NCBI GenBank assembly: GCA_958403905.1
Contig: CATXZD010000011.1
Span: forward strand, 21,181-85,180
Reading direction: 5' to 3'
Length of the DNA: 64,000 nucleotides
Source: an uncultured Ruminococcus sp.
Lineage (GTDB): Bacteria; Bacillota; Clostridia; Oscillospirales; Acutalibacteraceae
In this document: in pieces, positions 29,312 to 38,851 of the stretch
How positions within the stretch are numbered: position 1 is the first letter of the stretch
Layout: every line of letters begins with the position of its first letter
Notes under the pieces: generated by a model
Told to the model about the DNA's origin: nothing
Seen by the model: only the letters and a program-made list of their open reading frames with translations
The model's database searches: none
Translations under genes and position numbers: made by a program

Positions 29312-31219
29312 ATGATTAGAAAATTCACCTTTGGCACACCGATTTGTACAGAGGCGGTTGCCGAAAAATTTGAAATATCGGACAACAGCGATTTTCCTTT
29401 TAAGAGCAAAGAAGAAAACGGAAAATTTATTTTTGAATTTGATATGACCGACAGCGACATCATTTACGGTCTTGGCGAAGCTCCGAGAGGAATCAATAAG
29501 CGTGGATGGGTTTACGAAAGCTTTTGCAGTGACGACCCTTTTCACACAGAAACAAAGTCGTCGCTTTATGCAGCACACAATTTCCTTATGCTTTCGGGAA
29601 GCGATAATTTCGGTATTTTCATTGACTTTCCTGCAAAAATCCGTTGGGACATCGGCTACACTTCAAAAAACAAAACAGTTATTACAATAGACGGAACAGA
29701 CTTTGATTTCTATTATATTAAGGGCAGCAAGCCAATTGAAATTGTAAAGGAATTCAGAAAGGCAATCGGAAAAAGCTACATTCCTCCGTTTTGGGCGTTT
29801 GGTTATCAGCAAAGCAGATGGAGTTATCCCGATGCAAAGACGGTTGACAGTGTAATCGACGGCTACGACAAGGCAGGTATTCCGCTTGATTGCGTGTATC
29901 TTGATATTGACTATATGGACAGTTACAAGGACTTTACTGTTGACAATAAAAAATTCCCCGATTTTGCAGACTATGTAAGCAAAAAGCGTGAGCAGGGAAT
30001 CCACCTTATTCCGATTATCGACGCAGGTGTTAAAAAAGAGGACGGCTACAGTGTTTATGAAGAGGGAAGAGATAACGGATATTTCTGCAAAAACGAGGAT
30101 GGCACAGACTTTGAGGGCGGTGTATGGCCCGGAATTGTAGGCTTCCCCGATTTTCTTCGCAAGGACGTGCGTGAGTGGTTTGGCTCAAAGTATAAGGTGC
30201 TTACAGACGCAGGAATTGACGGATTTTGGAACGATATGAATGAGCCTGCGATTTTCTATTCCGTAAAAGGGCTAGACAAAGCTATTGAAAAAGCAAGCTC
30301 GCTAAAGGGCAAAAATCTTGACCTTTCGCAGTTCTTTAATTTAAAGGATACTTTCCTTAGTCTTTCAAACAGTGCGGAGGATTATTCAAGCATTTATCAT
30401 ACGGTTGGCGGCAAGCAGGTTTGCCACGATCGTGTTCACAATATCTATGGCGCAAATATGACTAAGGCGGCAGGCGAGTATTTTGCAAAAGAATTCGGCG
30501 AAGAAAAAATCCTAATGTTCTCACGTGCGTCATACATCGGAGCACACCGTTCAAGCGGAATCTGGTTTGGTGACAATCATTCGTGGTGGTCGCATATTCT
30601 GCTTAACCTGAAAATGCTTCCGTCGGCAAATATGTGCGGTTTTCTCTACTGCGGAGCAGATTTGGGCGGCTTTAACGAAAACGCAACACGTGACCTTGTT
30701 CTGCGTTTTCTGGCGCTTGGAGTTTTCACCCCGCTTATGCGAAATCATGCTGCACTCGGCACAAGAGATCAGGAGTGTTACAATTTTGAAAACAGCGAAG
30801 ATTTTAAGGATATTATTGAGGTGCGTTACCGCCTTATTCCGTATCTTTACAGCACTTTCCGCAGGGCAAGCGAAGAAAACGATATGATTTTCAAACCGCT
30901 TTCGTTCGATTATCCCAATGACAAAATCGCCCGTGAGTGCGAAACTCAGCTTATGCTCGGCGACGAATGTATGATTTGCCCTGTTTACGAGCAGAACGTC
31001 GGCGGTAGATATGTTTATCTGCCCGAGGATATGACGTTTGTAAAGCTAAGCGGAACAAATGTTGTTACCAAGAAAATGTCAAAAGGAACGCATTACATTG
31101 AGGTTGCACTAAACGAAGTTCCGCTGTTCATTAAAAGCGGCAGAAAAATTCCGCTTTGTAAGCCTGCAATGCGTACTTCACAGCTTGACACCGAAAATTT
31201 TGAATATATTACAGGATAA
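29312..31219 (+). CDS. Glycoside hydrolase family 31 (alpha-glucosidase-like)
   Basis: WAFGYQQSRWSY, YLDIDYM, GFWNDMNEPA, WFGDN, GADLGGF. Confidence 0.93.
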   Translation: MIRKFTFGTPICTEAVAEKFEISDNSDFPFKSKEENGKFIFEFDMTDSDIIYGLGEAPRGINKRGWVYESFCSDDPFHTETKSSLYAAHNFLMLSGSDNFGIFIDFPAKIRWDIGYTSKNKTVITIDGTDFDFYYIKGSKPIEIVKEFRKAIGKSYIPPFWAFGYQQSRWSYPDAKTVDSVIDGYDKAGIPLDCVYLDIDYMDSYKDFTVDNKKFPDFADYVSKKREQGIHLIPIIDAGVKKEDGYSVYEEGRDNGYFCKNEDGTDFEGGVWPGIVGFPDFLRKDVREWFGSKYKVLTDAGIDGFWNDMNEPAIFYSVKGLDKAIEKASSLKGKNLDLSQFFNLKDTFLSLSNSAEDYSSIYHTVGGKQVCHDRVHNIYGANMTKAAGEYFAKEFGEEKILMFSRASYIGAHRSSGIWFGDNHSWWSHILLNLKMLPSANMCGFLYCGADLGGFNENATRDLVLRFLALGVFTPLMRNHAALGTRDQECYNFENSEDFKDIIEVRYRLIPYLYSTFRRASEENDMIFKPLSFDYPNDKIARECETQLMLGDECMICPVYEQNVGGRYVYLPEDMTFVKLSGTNVVTKKMSKGTHYIEVALNEVPLFIKSGRKIPLCKPAMRTSQLDTENFEYITG

Positions 31220-31238
31220 ATAAAAATATACATATATA

Positions 31239-31274
31239 AAAATCTCCTGTTCGAGTAGCCAGACAGGAGATTTT
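31239..31274. terminator. Bidirectional terminator
   Basis: aaaatctcctgt...acaggagatttt. Confidence 0.75.
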
Positions 31275-31299
31275 AATATTATAACTGAATTTGGTTATA

Positions 31300-32181
31300 T
31301 CAGAAAATATGATGTTTGTCGTCATTGTCGAACAAACCGCAAATCCAGTAATAAATCGGAATTGTGAGAAAAACAAGCCAGCCTACAGCCCAGCCACCGC
31401 ATAAGTTGAAGTAACCGAACAGTATATATGCGATTGCTGCAAGCACGGGATATGCAAAGTGGCTTGCCTTGCGCTCATAAATTGCGTCAACAAGTGTGTA
31501 ATAAAGCGGAATGGTAAGCAGGCAAATCCAGCTTAATGCCCAGCCAAAGCATACTCCGCTTGCACCCCACCACGCAAATGCGATTAAGGGAAAGATGAAA
31601 AACGGGAATTTGTTCCATTTACTTTTGCTCTTGTGATGATAATTAATATCTTTGTCAACCATAACATTTCCGTTTTCGTCCGTGTAAACACGCTGTTTGC
31701 CGTTTTCTTCAACGTGAATTCCGTCCCAGCCAACGTGAACCTTGTCGCCGTTCTTATCGTGAACGTGTACACCGTCTTTGAAGTTTATATGCACGTGGTC
31801 GCCGTTTTTTGAGTCAACGTGAATTCCGTTTTTGAACGAAACCTTGTCAACCTTTTCGTATGTTGTTTCGGTTTCACCGTTCGGACCGTAGGAATAGTTG
31901 TAATTATATTTGTATTCCTCGTTTGAATTCGACTCTGAATTGTTTTCCTCTGATTTTTGATCATTTTCACTTTTTGTTGTTTCACCCTTTAAAAGCTCGT
32001 CGAGTGAAACTCCGTAAATTTCAGCAAGCAAAATAAGGTTGTCGGTGTCAGGAGAAGCTTCAGCACGCTCCCACTTTGAAATTGCCTGTCGGCTTACACC
32101 GATTTTTGCGGCAAGCTCCTCTTGGCTAAAGTTGTGTTTCTTTCTATATTGTAATAATCTGTTGGCTGTTTCAATATTCAT
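31300..32181 (-). CDS. XRE-family HTH regulator with His-rich repeats and C-terminal membrane domain
   Basis: SQEELAAKIGVSRQAISKWE; G[IV]HV repeats; about four TM helices. Confidence 0.88.
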   Translation of the reverse strand: MNIETANRLLQYRKKHNFSQEELAAKIGVSRQAISKWERAEASPDTDNLILLAEIYGVSLDELLKGETTKSENDQKSEENNSESNSNEEYKYNYNYSYGPNGETETTYEKVDKVSFKNGIHVDSKNGDHVHINFKDGVHVHDKNGDKVHVGWDGIHVEENGKQRVYTDENGNVMVDKDINYHHKSKSKWNKFPFFIFPLIAFAWWGASGVCFGWALSWICLLTIPLYYTLVDAIYERKASHFAYPVLAAIAYILFGYFNLCGGWAVGWLVFLTIPIYYWICGLFDNDDKHHIF

Positions 32182-32297
32182 TGATATGCCCTCCTCGTTG
32201 ATTTGTTGCTTGAATTATACTCCGCAACTGCTGTTTTTGGCTATACATTCCAGTTTTCAACCCCGCAACCATCGGTTGCAAGTGGTATGTTTAGGCT

Positions 32298-33809
32298 TTA
32301 AATCTCCAGACCGCTTGTGGTTTTCAAAAACTCAAACAGCTGATTATAAATTAAATCAACGCCGCCATTGCTGTCGCTTTCTATATTAAGCGGCATAATT
32401 GGGTCGTGGACGGAAAGACGGAGCAAAAACCAGCCGTTGCCGTTTTCTTTGCCGAAAGATACTCTGATTCCCTCACGATTATCGTTTGCAACCTGCCAGC
32501 CGTTCTGATTTTCTGCATATTCGGTAAGGTCGGATATGATTTTTTCACCGCAGGCTCTAAAATCCTTTTCGGTAATTTTAAATCTGATTTCTTTGCTTTC
32601 AACAGGCTCTTTAAGCCCGGCTGTAAGCTCGTCAAGGTCCTTGCCTTCTTTGCGCAGCTGCGCCATTTTTATGATGATTTTTGTGCAGAGGTATGCGCCG
32701 TCGTCAAGAAAATAATTCTCGCGCATAGCCGCGTGCCCCGAAGTTTCAATTGCAAGAGGACAGTTAATTCCCTGTTTATTAAGCTCAAGCGCCTTGTCAA
32801 TTACGTTCTTGTATCCTCTGCGGTAGCGGAAGTGTTTTCCACCGAGTGTGTTTTCAATAAAGTCCTTAAGTCCGCTTGATGTAATTGAGTCGGTGACAAC
32901 CGTTCCGCCGCAATTTCCTTCAAGTGCAATTGCAGAGGCAACAGCTACAAGCCTGTTGCGATTTATCTCGTTACCCTTTGAGTCAACTGCACCGCCTCGG
33001 TCAACGTCAGTATCGAAAATTACGCCCAAATCAGCATTGCTTTCCTTCACTGCCTGACGGATTGACGCCATAGCTGTTGCGTCCTCGGGGTTAGGAACGT
33101 GATTTGGAAACATACCGTCGGGGTTAAGGTAACGGCTGCCCTTGGTGTCTGCGCCAAGTACAGACAGCACCTTGTCTGCATAAAATCCGCCTGCGCCGTT
33201 TCCTGCGTCAACTACAATTTTAAAGCCTTTCAGAGGGTGTTCATAGTCATCTGCATTAACTTCTTTTTTAATCTTTTCGCAAAGTCCCTTTGCATAGTCG
33301 CTCATATAGTCAACGTTAGTGATTGTACCGCCGTCTTTTTCCTGCGGATGTTTGTTTTCTTGTGCATATGTCAGAATATCTTCAATGTCCGAGCCTTCAA
33401 GACCGCCCTCACGCGTGAAGAATTTCAGACCATTTCGGTTAAAAGGATGATGGCTTGCCGTGATTTGCAGAGCACCGTCGCAATTTAAATCAACAGTAGT
33501 CATAAACATTGACGGGGTAGAGGCAAGACCGCAGCAAAGCACCTCTGCTCCGCAGGCTTTAAAGCGCTTTGTAGTAATATCCATAATGTGAGGACCTGAT
33601 ATTCTGCTGTCACGTCCGACAGAGATTTTAAGGTTGTCGCAGGGCTTATTAACCTTTTTAGAAAGCCACAGAACAAAGCCGTCAGCCATATTTGCAACGG
33701 CATCGTCAGTCAGATTAACGCTCTGTCCTTCAACTCCCTCGCTTGCAACACCTCGTATATCTGTACCGCTTTTGAACTGTTTATAAAAATCGTTAAGCAT
33801 AGTTTTCAT
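32298..33809 (-). CDS. Phosphomannomutase/phosphoglucomutase
   Basis: SGTDIRG, ITASH, FDTDVDR, AIETSGH. Confidence 0.93.
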   Translation of the reverse strand: MKTMLNDFYKQFKSGTDIRGVASEGVEGQSVNLTDDAVANMADGFVLWLSKKVNKPCDNLKISVGRDSRISGPHIMDITTKRFKACGAEVLCCGLASTPSMFMTTVDLNCDGALQITASHHPFNRNGLKFFTREGGLEGSDIEDILTYAQENKHPQEKDGGTITNVDYMSDYAKGLCEKIKKEVNADDYEHPLKGFKIVVDAGNGAGGFYADKVLSVLGADTKGSRYLNPDGMFPNHVPNPEDATAMASIRQAVKESNADLGVIFDTDVDRGGAVDSKGNEINRNRLVAVASAIALEGNCGGTVVTDSITSSGLKDFIENTLGGKHFRYRRGYKNVIDKALELNKQGINCPLAIETSGHAAMRENYFLDDGAYLCTKIIIKMAQLRKEGKDLDELTAGLKEPVESKEIRFKITEKDFRACGEKIISDLTEYAENQNGWQVANDNREGIRVSFGKENGNGWFLLRLSVHDPIMPLNIESDSNGGVDLIYNQLFEFLKTTSGLEI

Positions 33810-34079
33810 CCTTTCGGTTTCATTATATATTATAAGTATTATAACGCATAGGGCGTAAAATCACAATACATCGAAAAATTAAGTTTGTAAAAAGTTGGAT
33901 TATTTTATTGCTAAAAAGGAAATAAGTTGTTAAAACTGACGAAAGAGTAACTAAAATATTGTCGATTTGTAAATTCTTTTAAAGCATTATTAGGCAAAAT
34001 TGCACATAAAACAGTGCTTTATATTAGCTAATATTGACATACAAATGTGATAGCTGACAAAAAGTAAAGTTAAAAATTG

Positions 34080-34107
34080 TTGACTTTTTCAAAAAGTTGG
34101 ATATAAT
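34080..34107 (+). promoter_or_regulatory. Sigma-A promoter with palindrome overlapping the -35 and spacer
   Basis: TTGACT-N16-TATAAT; acttttt-c-aaaaagt 34083-34097. Confidence 0.6.
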
Positions 34108-34274
34108 AATAATTGTCAAGTAAATAGTCCGCTTGGCTATCGGCTGATTCCAAATTAGCCTTACTCGAGTAAAATTGAATTATCATAAAGTCGATAAATA
34201 ATCATGATTTGCCAAATGGTAAATGGCGCACGAGAAAAACTTTATATTTTAAAGAATTGAAGGAGGAAACATTT

Positions 34275-34541
34275 ATGACACCAATTCTTAGCTTACACAA
34301 CATTGATGTAACTGCGTTCCTCGCCGTGCTCGATACCTGCGAGGGCAACGTATATCTCGTTACAAAGGAAGGCGACAGATTAAATCTTCGTAGCAAGCTT
34401 TGCCAGCTTGTTGGCTTAACAAAGCTTATTGAAGGTGGAAAAATTGCAGAAGCAAGTATTATCTGCGAAAACAAGAATGACGAGAGCAAGCTTTTCAGAT
34501 TCAACTTTTTCGGCGATACAGGTAACGCTAAAGTAGGTTAA
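34275..34541 (+). CDS. Small HPr-fold-like protein (Clostridial family often labelled polyA polymerase)
   Basis: 88 aa, FLAVLDTCEGNVYLVTKEGDRLNLRSKLCQLV; AAGGAGG RBS; own terminator. Confidence 0.72.
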   Translation: MTPILSLHNIDVTAFLAVLDTCEGNVYLVTKEGDRLNLRSKLCQLVGLTKLIEGGKIAEASIICENKNDESKLFRFNFFGDTGNAKVG

Positions 34542-34595
34542 TCTAAGCTTATATAAACAACAATCCACGTTTTTCACGTTAATTTCAAAACTTCT

Positions 34596-34639
34596 AAATC
34601 CAAAAACGGCTGCTTAACGGCGGCCGTTTTTGGATTTTT
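34596..34639 (+). terminator. Intrinsic terminator
   Basis: aaatccaaaaacggc...gccgtttttggattttt. Confidence 0.8.
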
Positions 34640-34742
34640 GCTTTATATTTCCTGCAAATTTATCGCTAAATATTGAATTGAAAATTGCAGCGTGATATAA
34701 TTTTCTCAGTGAAATTCAATATGACAGAGGTGGTAAAGCGGT

Positions 34743-35690
34743 ATGAACTATAATGACTTACATGACGATGAACAGTTTTTTGACGATTATTTTAGTGATG
34801 ATTATGAAGTTCCTCGTGATTCACGCAATAGGTCAAAGCAAAGAAAAAATGTTGACTACAATATAGATAAGTATGGTAGAAAAAGAAAAGGTCTTAAGTG
34901 GAAACTTAAATCATTTTTGCACAGCAAAGAAGCAATAATAGCGTTAGCGGCAATTGTAATGCTGATTATAATAATAGCAATGATTTCCTCCTGTTCGGGC
35001 AGCGAGGGAAAAGAGCAGACTGCGTCAACTACTGCTGCAACTGTTGTCCCGACAACTCAGGTTACATCATATAAAATAGACAATGTTCCTGTTATTGAGC
35101 AGAGTAATTTAAAAGCTGCTTGTGAAACCTATGCGTGTACAATGCTGTTGCAGTACTACAAATTTGATATAGATGAAGTTGAGTTTGTGGACAATTATCT
35201 TGTAACAAGACCTGTATATTACGGAATTGACGGCAATCTTTACGGACCCGATATGAACAGTGCGTACGCGGGAGATGTTTATACGGGTTACGGAATAAAC
35301 GCTCCGGGAATGGCAAAATGTATGAATAACTATATCAAAACTAAGGGCTCAAAGCTTGTCGCAGAGCCGTTGTCCGGCGTGCCGCTTGAGGAGCTTTGCA
35401 AAAAGTATGTTTTAAACGATACTCCTGTTATGGTATGGGCAACAACCTTTATGGAAGAGCCGTATGTTCAGGCAACATGGATTGTTGATTATGTTGACGA
35501 AAATGCGGAGCATGAAGTCGGCGATACTGTAAGCTGGCAAATGCACGAGCATTGTCTGGTGCTTATAGGCTTTGACGAAAAAAATTATTATTTCTGCGAT
35601 TCCGTTTCAGGCGAAGTTTCGGCATATGATAAAGTTGTAACAGAGAAAAGATATGAACAAATCGGCAAACAGGCAATAGTGCTGAAGTGA
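34743..35690 (+). CDS. Membrane-anchored C39-like cysteine peptidase
   Basis: TM helix; Q...ACETYACTMLL, PVMVWAT, EHCLVLIGFD..YYFCDS. Confidence 0.85.
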   Translation: MNYNDLHDDEQFFDDYFSDDYEVPRDSRNRSKQRKNVDYNIDKYGRKRKGLKWKLKSFLHSKEAIIALAAIVMLIIIIAMISSCSGSEGKEQTASTTAATVVPTTQVTSYKIDNVPVIEQSNLKAACETYACTMLLQYYKFDIDEVEFVDNYLVTRPVYYGIDGNLYGPDMNSAYAGDVYTGYGINAPGMAKCMNNYIKTKGSKLVAEPLSGVPLEELCKKYVLNDTPVMVWATTFMEEPYVQATWIVDYVDENAEHEVGDTVSWQMHEHCLVLIGFDEKNYYFCDSVSGEVSAYDKVVTEKRYEQIGKQAIVLK

Positions 35691-35941
35691 ATAAAGATAA
35701 AACAAAAGGCACCCTAATGGGTGCTTTTTTGACTAACATTTTGCGAAAAAGCGCGATTATTTACGGTGTTTTATCAAGCAAAAAACCACATTGAAATAGC
35801 CCGAAAAAGGCTTTACAATGCGGTTTTTGGTTGGCAAACAACTTAATTTTTGATAGAAAGCCGAGGACGATGCCCCCTCGGCTTATTTTGCATCCTCGAA
35901 ACGGTGGAAAGAGATTCATAAGCACATCAACAAACTGGAAT

Positions 35942-36424
35942 TTATAGCTGTAATTCTTCTATAAATTTCTGTATACGTTCGGTCACTAATTCACTCTTAT
36001 TCAAAGAGACCAATTCACTTCTGCTTACCCAATTATATGCAATGGTTTCTCCATCCTGCAAGGTAATACAGTCTTTATTACAGTTCGTAACGCACAAAAA
36101 CTCTACATAAATTGTGTCATTACTTCTCACTCGTCCTACTTCGACTAAGTTATCAGACTGAATCCCCGTTTCCTCTTGGAGTTCTCTGATTGCACAATCT
36201 AAAGGAGACTCGTTCTGTAATGCTGAACCTCCCGCTGTGGCTTCCCACATGCCACCAAACTGCTTACGTCTATCCCGTTGCATTAGTAAATAGCTTCCAT
36301 CCGTATGTTTCACAATAATATCGCAAACCAAATGGAATAGCCCCTCTGGGATTGCTTCTCCTCTTATCAATGTTGCATTATGAACATGATTAAAATCTTT
36401 ATCATAGGCATCCCAAGTTTCCAT
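35942..36424 (-). CDS. NUDIX hydrolase (cassette-like gene)
   Basis: METWDAYD, HLVCDIIV, WEATAGG..CAIRELQEETG. Confidence 0.92.
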   Translation of the reverse strand: METWDAYDKDFNHVHNATLIRGEAIPEGLFHLVCDIIVKHTDGSYLLMQRDRRKQFGGMWEATAGGSALQNESPLDCAIRELQEETGIQSDNLVEVGRVRSNDTIYVEFLCVTNCNKDCITLQDGETIAYNWVSRSELVSLNKSELVTERIQKFIEELQL

Positions 36425-36462
36425 GCACCTTTACCTCCTACAAATTCCGATTTATCGAGCCT

Positions 36463-36492
36463 ATCGTATCACATCACAATATTACAAGTCAA
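36463..36492 (-). promoter_or_regulatory. Putative promoter for the NUDIX gene, outside its flanking motif
   Basis: Minus strand TTGACT-N18-TACGAT with TG extension. Confidence 0.5.
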
Positions 36493-36779
36493 TACACTTC
36501 ATAAAAAAGGGGCGCTTTGAGTCCCTGTTAACTAAACAGACAGAAAACGGAGCAGTCACAAATTTACTCATTTGCAACTGCTCCATTTTTGGTGCGCCAA
36601 CAGTAAGTTAAATATTAGGAAAAAATCTACCACGTTTGTTGTGGTGTGTGTGAAAGAAAAAGTATCATCTGCGCTCACCCCTAAAAACAGTCCACCGGAC
36701 TGTTTTTTTAACGGGGCGTTTCGAGTCCCTGTTGGCTTAATTTATAAAACAAAAAGCACCCATTGGGTGCTTTTTGTTT

Positions 36780-36856
36780 TGGTGCGCCAACAGGGACTCG
36801 AACCCCGGACCGACCGGTTATGAGCCGGTAGCTCTAACCAACTGAGCTATTGGCGC
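36780..36856 (-). tRNA. tRNA with CAT anticodon, probably tRNA-Ile2 (lysidine)
   Basis: GCGCCAATAGCTCAGTTGGTTAGAGCTACCGGCTCATAACCGGTCGGTCCGGGGTTCGAGTCCCTGTTGGCGCACCA; encoded CCA; Ile2 versus Met inferred from resemblance. Confidence 0.93.
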
Positions 36857-36887
36857 ATATAAATATAATATCATTTACGCAAGAGCT

Positions 36888-36916
36888 ATTATAACAGAGT
36901 TTGGTTGATTTGTCAA
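36888..36916 (-). promoter_or_regulatory. Consensus sigma-A promoter of the tRNA
   Basis: Minus strand TTGACA-N17-TATAAT. Confidence 0.85.
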
Positions 36917-37094
36917 CTTTATTAACAATTAATTATTGCTCGAATTTTTCAAATATGTTATAATAACCTCACGAACCTCACGCCGTTACCAAAATCAAAG
37001 ATTTTGACGGCATAGTAAACTTCGTTCCTGTAATTGTGCTTCGCACAATATTTATGTTAAAAGAACCTCAAAATAAACTAAGGGTGGGATTTTT

Positions 37095-38381
37095 ATGGCT
37101 GTTATTAAACCGTTTAAAGGTATGCGCTATGATACGTCAAAGGCGGGCGAAATTTCAAAGCTTTGCTGTCCTCCGTATGACATCATAAGTGAAAAGCAAC
37201 GCATTGATTACATCAATGAAAATGAATACAATATCATTCGCTTGGAACTTCCTAAAGACGGCGAAAATCCGTACGATAATGCTTCCGATATTCTCAATAT
37301 GTGGCGTGATAAGGGAATCCTTATTCATGAGGATAAACCTGCAATTTATATTTATGAAGAGGAGTTTAATGCTTACTCAGAGCGTAAAAGCATAAAGGGC
37401 ATTATTGCAAGGGTAAAGCTTGAAGAGTTTTCAAAAGGAATTATTCTGCCTCACGAATTCACTCTTTCAAAGGCAAAAGAGGACAGATTAAATCTCATGA
37501 AAGCGACCAACTGCAATTTTAGTCAGATTTATGCGCTGTATATGGAAGAAAAACACCTTACTCTCAAAACTATTGACGATCACTCGCAGTGCGCTCCGAA
37601 TCTTGAATTTACTGATTCTGACGACGTTACCCACAGATTGTGGATTGTTACCGATGAAGAGATTATAAAAAAGATTGTTGATGATTTTGCACATAGACGG
37701 CTCTATATCGCCGACGGCCATCACAGATACGAAACCGCCCTAAATTACCGAAATTATTGCCGGGAAAACGGAATTTCCAAAGAGGGCGATCCGCAGGATT
37801 ATCAGATGATTTACCTTGTCGATATGGATCATCCGGGTCTTGTTGTTTTTCCCACTCACCGCCTTGTACGTGATTTGCCTGACTTTGACAAGAATAAAAT
37901 GCTTGAATTATGTGAAAAGTATTTTAATATAACTGCAGTCAGCGATAATGAAAATATGGAAAAAGAGCTTGCAAAGTGTTATGACGAGGGCAAAAATGCC
38001 TTTGGCTTTTACTGTGGAAACGGCGAATGGTATTTGCTTGTCTTAAAAGATATTGACGTTATGTCGCAGTTTTTGCCTAATCTCTGCACAGCCTCGCAAA
38101 GACTTGACGTTTCGGTTTTGCACACGCTGATTCTTGAAAATATCTTTGGAATTGACAAGGAAAATATGGCTAATCAAGTCAATTTAACATATACTAAGTT
38201 CTTTGACGAGGCTGTTGCACTTGTTGACAGCGGAGAATTTCAGTGTTCGTTTGTGCTGAATCCAACGAGAGTCAGTGAAATACGTAACGTTGCCGCCGCA
38301 GGCGAGAAGATGCCTCAGAAGTCAACCTATTTTTACCCGAAGATGATTACGGGAATGGTTATGAACGACCTTGGAGTTTAA
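37095..38381 (+). CDS. DUF1015 family protein
   Basis: CPPYDII, ILPHEFT, YIADGHHRYETA, MPQKSTYFYPK. Confidence 0.92.
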   Translation: MAVIKPFKGMRYDTSKAGEISKLCCPPYDIISEKQRIDYINENEYNIIRLELPKDGENPYDNASDILNMWRDKGILIHEDKPAIYIYEEEFNAYSERKSIKGIIARVKLEEFSKGIILPHEFTLSKAKEDRLNLMKATNCNFSQIYALYMEEKHLTLKTIDDHSQCAPNLEFTDSDDVTHRLWIVTDEEIIKKIVDDFAHRRLYIADGHHRYETALNYRNYCRENGISKEGDPQDYQMIYLVDMDHPGLVVFPTHRLVRDLPDFDKNKMLELCEKYFNITAVSDNENMEKELAKCYDEGKNAFGFYCGNGEWYLLVLKDIDVMSQFLPNLCTASQRLDVSVLHTLILENIFGIDKENMANQVNLTYTKFFDEAVALVDSGEFQCSFVLNPTRVSEIRNVAAAGEKMPQKSTYFYPKMITGMVMNDLGV

Positions 38382-38382
38382 T

Positions 38383-38850
38383 ATGAATAACTATGAAATG
38401 AGGAGAAAGGAACGTGCGGCAGATTTAAAAACTGCCGAGCAAATCCTTGAAAATGCAGAATACGGAGTTTTGTCAACGGTTGGAAGCGACAGATTTCCCT
38501 ATGGAGTACCGCTGAATTTTGCATATGACGGAAAGAAAATATACTTTCATTGTGCAAAGAATGCAGGTCACAAGCAGGATAATCTTGATTATTCGGACAA
38601 GATTTGTTTCACCGTTGTTGATAATCCACAGGTTATTGCGGAAAAGCTTACCACAAAATACGAAAGCGCAGTAGTGTTCGGAACTGCCGAAAAGACAGAG
38701 AACAACAAGCGTTACGCGCTTGAACTGCTTGCAAAGAAATACGCTCCTGATTTACCCGATATCGGCAGATCGGAGATTGAAAAGTTTTATAACGTAACCG
38801 ATATTTACGAAATTTCAATTATAAAAATCAGCGCAAAGGTTAACAGATAA
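38383..38850 (+). CDS. Pyridoxamine 5'-phosphate oxidase-like / Nim-like flavin-binding protein
   Basis: MRRKER, YGVLST, PYGVPLNF, IYFHCA, YESAVVFG. Confidence 0.88.
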   Translation: MNNYEMRRKERAADLKTAEQILENAEYGVLSTVGSDRFPYGVPLNFAYDGKKIYFHCAKNAGHKQDNLDYSDKICFTVVDNPQVIAEKLTTKYESAVVFGTAEKTENNKRYALELLAKKYAPDLPDIGRSEIEKFYNVTDIYEISIIKISAKVNR

Positions 38851-38851
38851 T

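Larger units (their letters stand above)
35730..36603. mobile_element. Integrase-less relic island at the 3' end of tRNA-Ile2 (extent uncertain)
   Basis: Direct copy of the tRNA 3' end at 36587-36603; compositionally distinct cargo gene; duplicated hairpin at 35697/36744. Confidence 0.5.

Noticed and set aside
31351..31365. ataaatcggaattgt resembling the cassette motif
   Set aside because: It lies inside the XRE coding sequence (TIPIY codons), so codon coincidence is sufficient.
36423..36823. Short ORFs 36423-36611 and 36572-36823
   Set aside because: They run through hairpins and the tRNA antisense strand; no coding features.
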